Below are positions 63,188 through 64,000 of a stretch of 64,000 bases of DNA, piece by piece; position 1 is the first letter of the stretch, and every line of letters starts with the position of its first letter. The notes under the pieces were generated by a model that was not told where the DNA came from, made no database searches, and worked only from the letters and a program-made list of their open reading frames with translations. Made by a program: the position numbers and the translations under genes. This stretch comes from an uncultured Planctomycetales bacterium (GTDB lineage Bacteria; Planctomycetota; PLA2; JAEUHO01): contig CAZPGF010000003.1 of the NCBI GenBank assembly GCA_964586025.1, positions 10,032-74,031 of the forward strand, in the 5' to 3' direction.

Positions 63188-64000
63188 GGTCCTCCTTCTC
63201 TACGCGGCATTCGTGGCCCTCTTGGTGGTCGTGCTCCTGCGGACGGCGTGGATGCAGACCGTCGATCGCGCCTTCTGGGAGGACGCCGCGTGGCGGCGCC
63301 GGGCGCGCGTCGAAGTCCTGCAGGCGCCGCGCGGTCGCATCCTCGACCGTCGCGGCACACCGCTCGCGTACGACCAGGCCACGCTGCAGTTGGCCGTCGT
63401 GCCGTGGGATCTCCTCGCCGACGAGAGCGGGCGCTGCACCGAGTGCGGTCTCGTCCGCACCTGGCGACCGCGGCTGACCGCGGACGAGCGTCCGTCGTCG
63501 CGCTCGCGGATCTGTCCGTGCCGGATCGCCGCACGGCGAGGCACCGGCGTGCGACCCGAGCCGACGATCGTCGATCTCCCGCGCCCGGACTATCGCGCGC
63601 TCGACGCGGCGCTCGGTCTCGAGCCGGGAACGCTGCTGGCGCGGGGTCGTGAGCGCGTCGAGAACGTGCGACGGCTCGCCGCGGAGTTCCGTCGGGCGCT
63701 CGAGGCCGACGGTGCCGATCTGTTCGTCGAGACACGCGAGCGCGCGTTCCTCGAGGACATGCTGCGGCGTCCGTACGTCCTCGAATCGGGCATCGGCGAC
63801 GACGTCGCCCGGCTGCTCCTGACCGACGAGGTCGGCGCGTTTCGTGGATTCACGGTGCGTCACGACCTGCGTCGTCGTGCGGACTTCGGCGAGGCCGCTC
63901 CGCATCTCGTCGGCTATGCGACGAAGGTCGTGGATCCGGCCGAGCGCGCCGCGCTGGCGCGGCGCGTGCGAGGCGCGGACGGCGACACGCGGATCGGGCG
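63171..64000 (+). CDS. mrdA: Penicillin-binding protein 2 (N-terminal part; runs off the window)
   Basis: Hand translation from GTG 63171 (GGGAGG upstream, overlaps the mreD stop): VRFRRRVLLLYAAFVALLVVVLLRTAWMQTVD...APRGRILDRRGTPLAYDQATLQLAV... with an embedded Cys4 stretch. Not in the track because it touches the window edge. Confidence 0.75.
   Translation, partial: MRFRRRVLLLYAAFVALLVVVLLRTAWMQTVDRAFWEDAAWRRRARVEVLQAPRGRILDRRGTPLAYDQATLQLAVVPWDLLADESGRCTECGLVRTWRPRLTADERPSSRSRICPCRIAARRGTGVRPEPTIVDLPRPDYRALDAALGLEPGTLLARGRERVENVRRLAAEFRRALEADGADLFVETRERAFLEDMLRRPYVLESGIGDDVARLLLTDEVGAFRGFTVRHDLRRRADFGEAAPHLVGYATKVVDPAERAALARRVRGADGDTRIG

Overview
The window is very high-GC bacterial chromosomal DNA (about 74% GC). 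Gene content suggests a Gram-negative lineage (lnt, ftsY, mreBCD-mrdA, BamD-like lipoprotein, O-antigen-ligase-like protein), possibly Myxococcota- or Gemmatimonadota-like; this lineage guess is inference. It is densely coding and mostly housekeeping: purL, accA, a KAS III-like synthase, the addAB helicase-nuclease pair, proS, xth, a cysteine desulfurase, trxB, folP-ftsH, recO, ruvC, ispD/ispF/ispG, moaD/moaE/moeA, ribH-nusB-ftsY, lnt and mreB-mreC-mreD-mrdA. Less routine content: (1) two tandem paralogous secreted proteins built from short charged repeats (VPVYE/VGTR type) with conserved Cys pairs and no recognisable domain; (2) a dispersed intergenic repeat family of about 150-180 bp with three full and one truncated copy; (3) a 3.4 kb segment carrying an FmdE-like gene and an O-antigen-ligase/TPR gene, bracketed by two inverted copies of that repeat and adjacent to a NodU/CmcH-type carbamoyltransferase; (4) a roughly 1170 aa secreted protein fusing an M1 aminopeptidase to an M28 peptidase; (5) a long mixed-function minus-strand operon (desaturase, moaD, moaE, PEP-synthase regulatory kinase, and two tandem ABC-2 exporter modules). 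No rRNA, tRNA, CRISPR array, transposase or integrase was recognised. The supplied ORF track contains many long spurious GC-driven ORFs, mostly antisense to real genes. Coordinates of starts that differ from the track were set by in-frame arithmetic from the listed ORFs.
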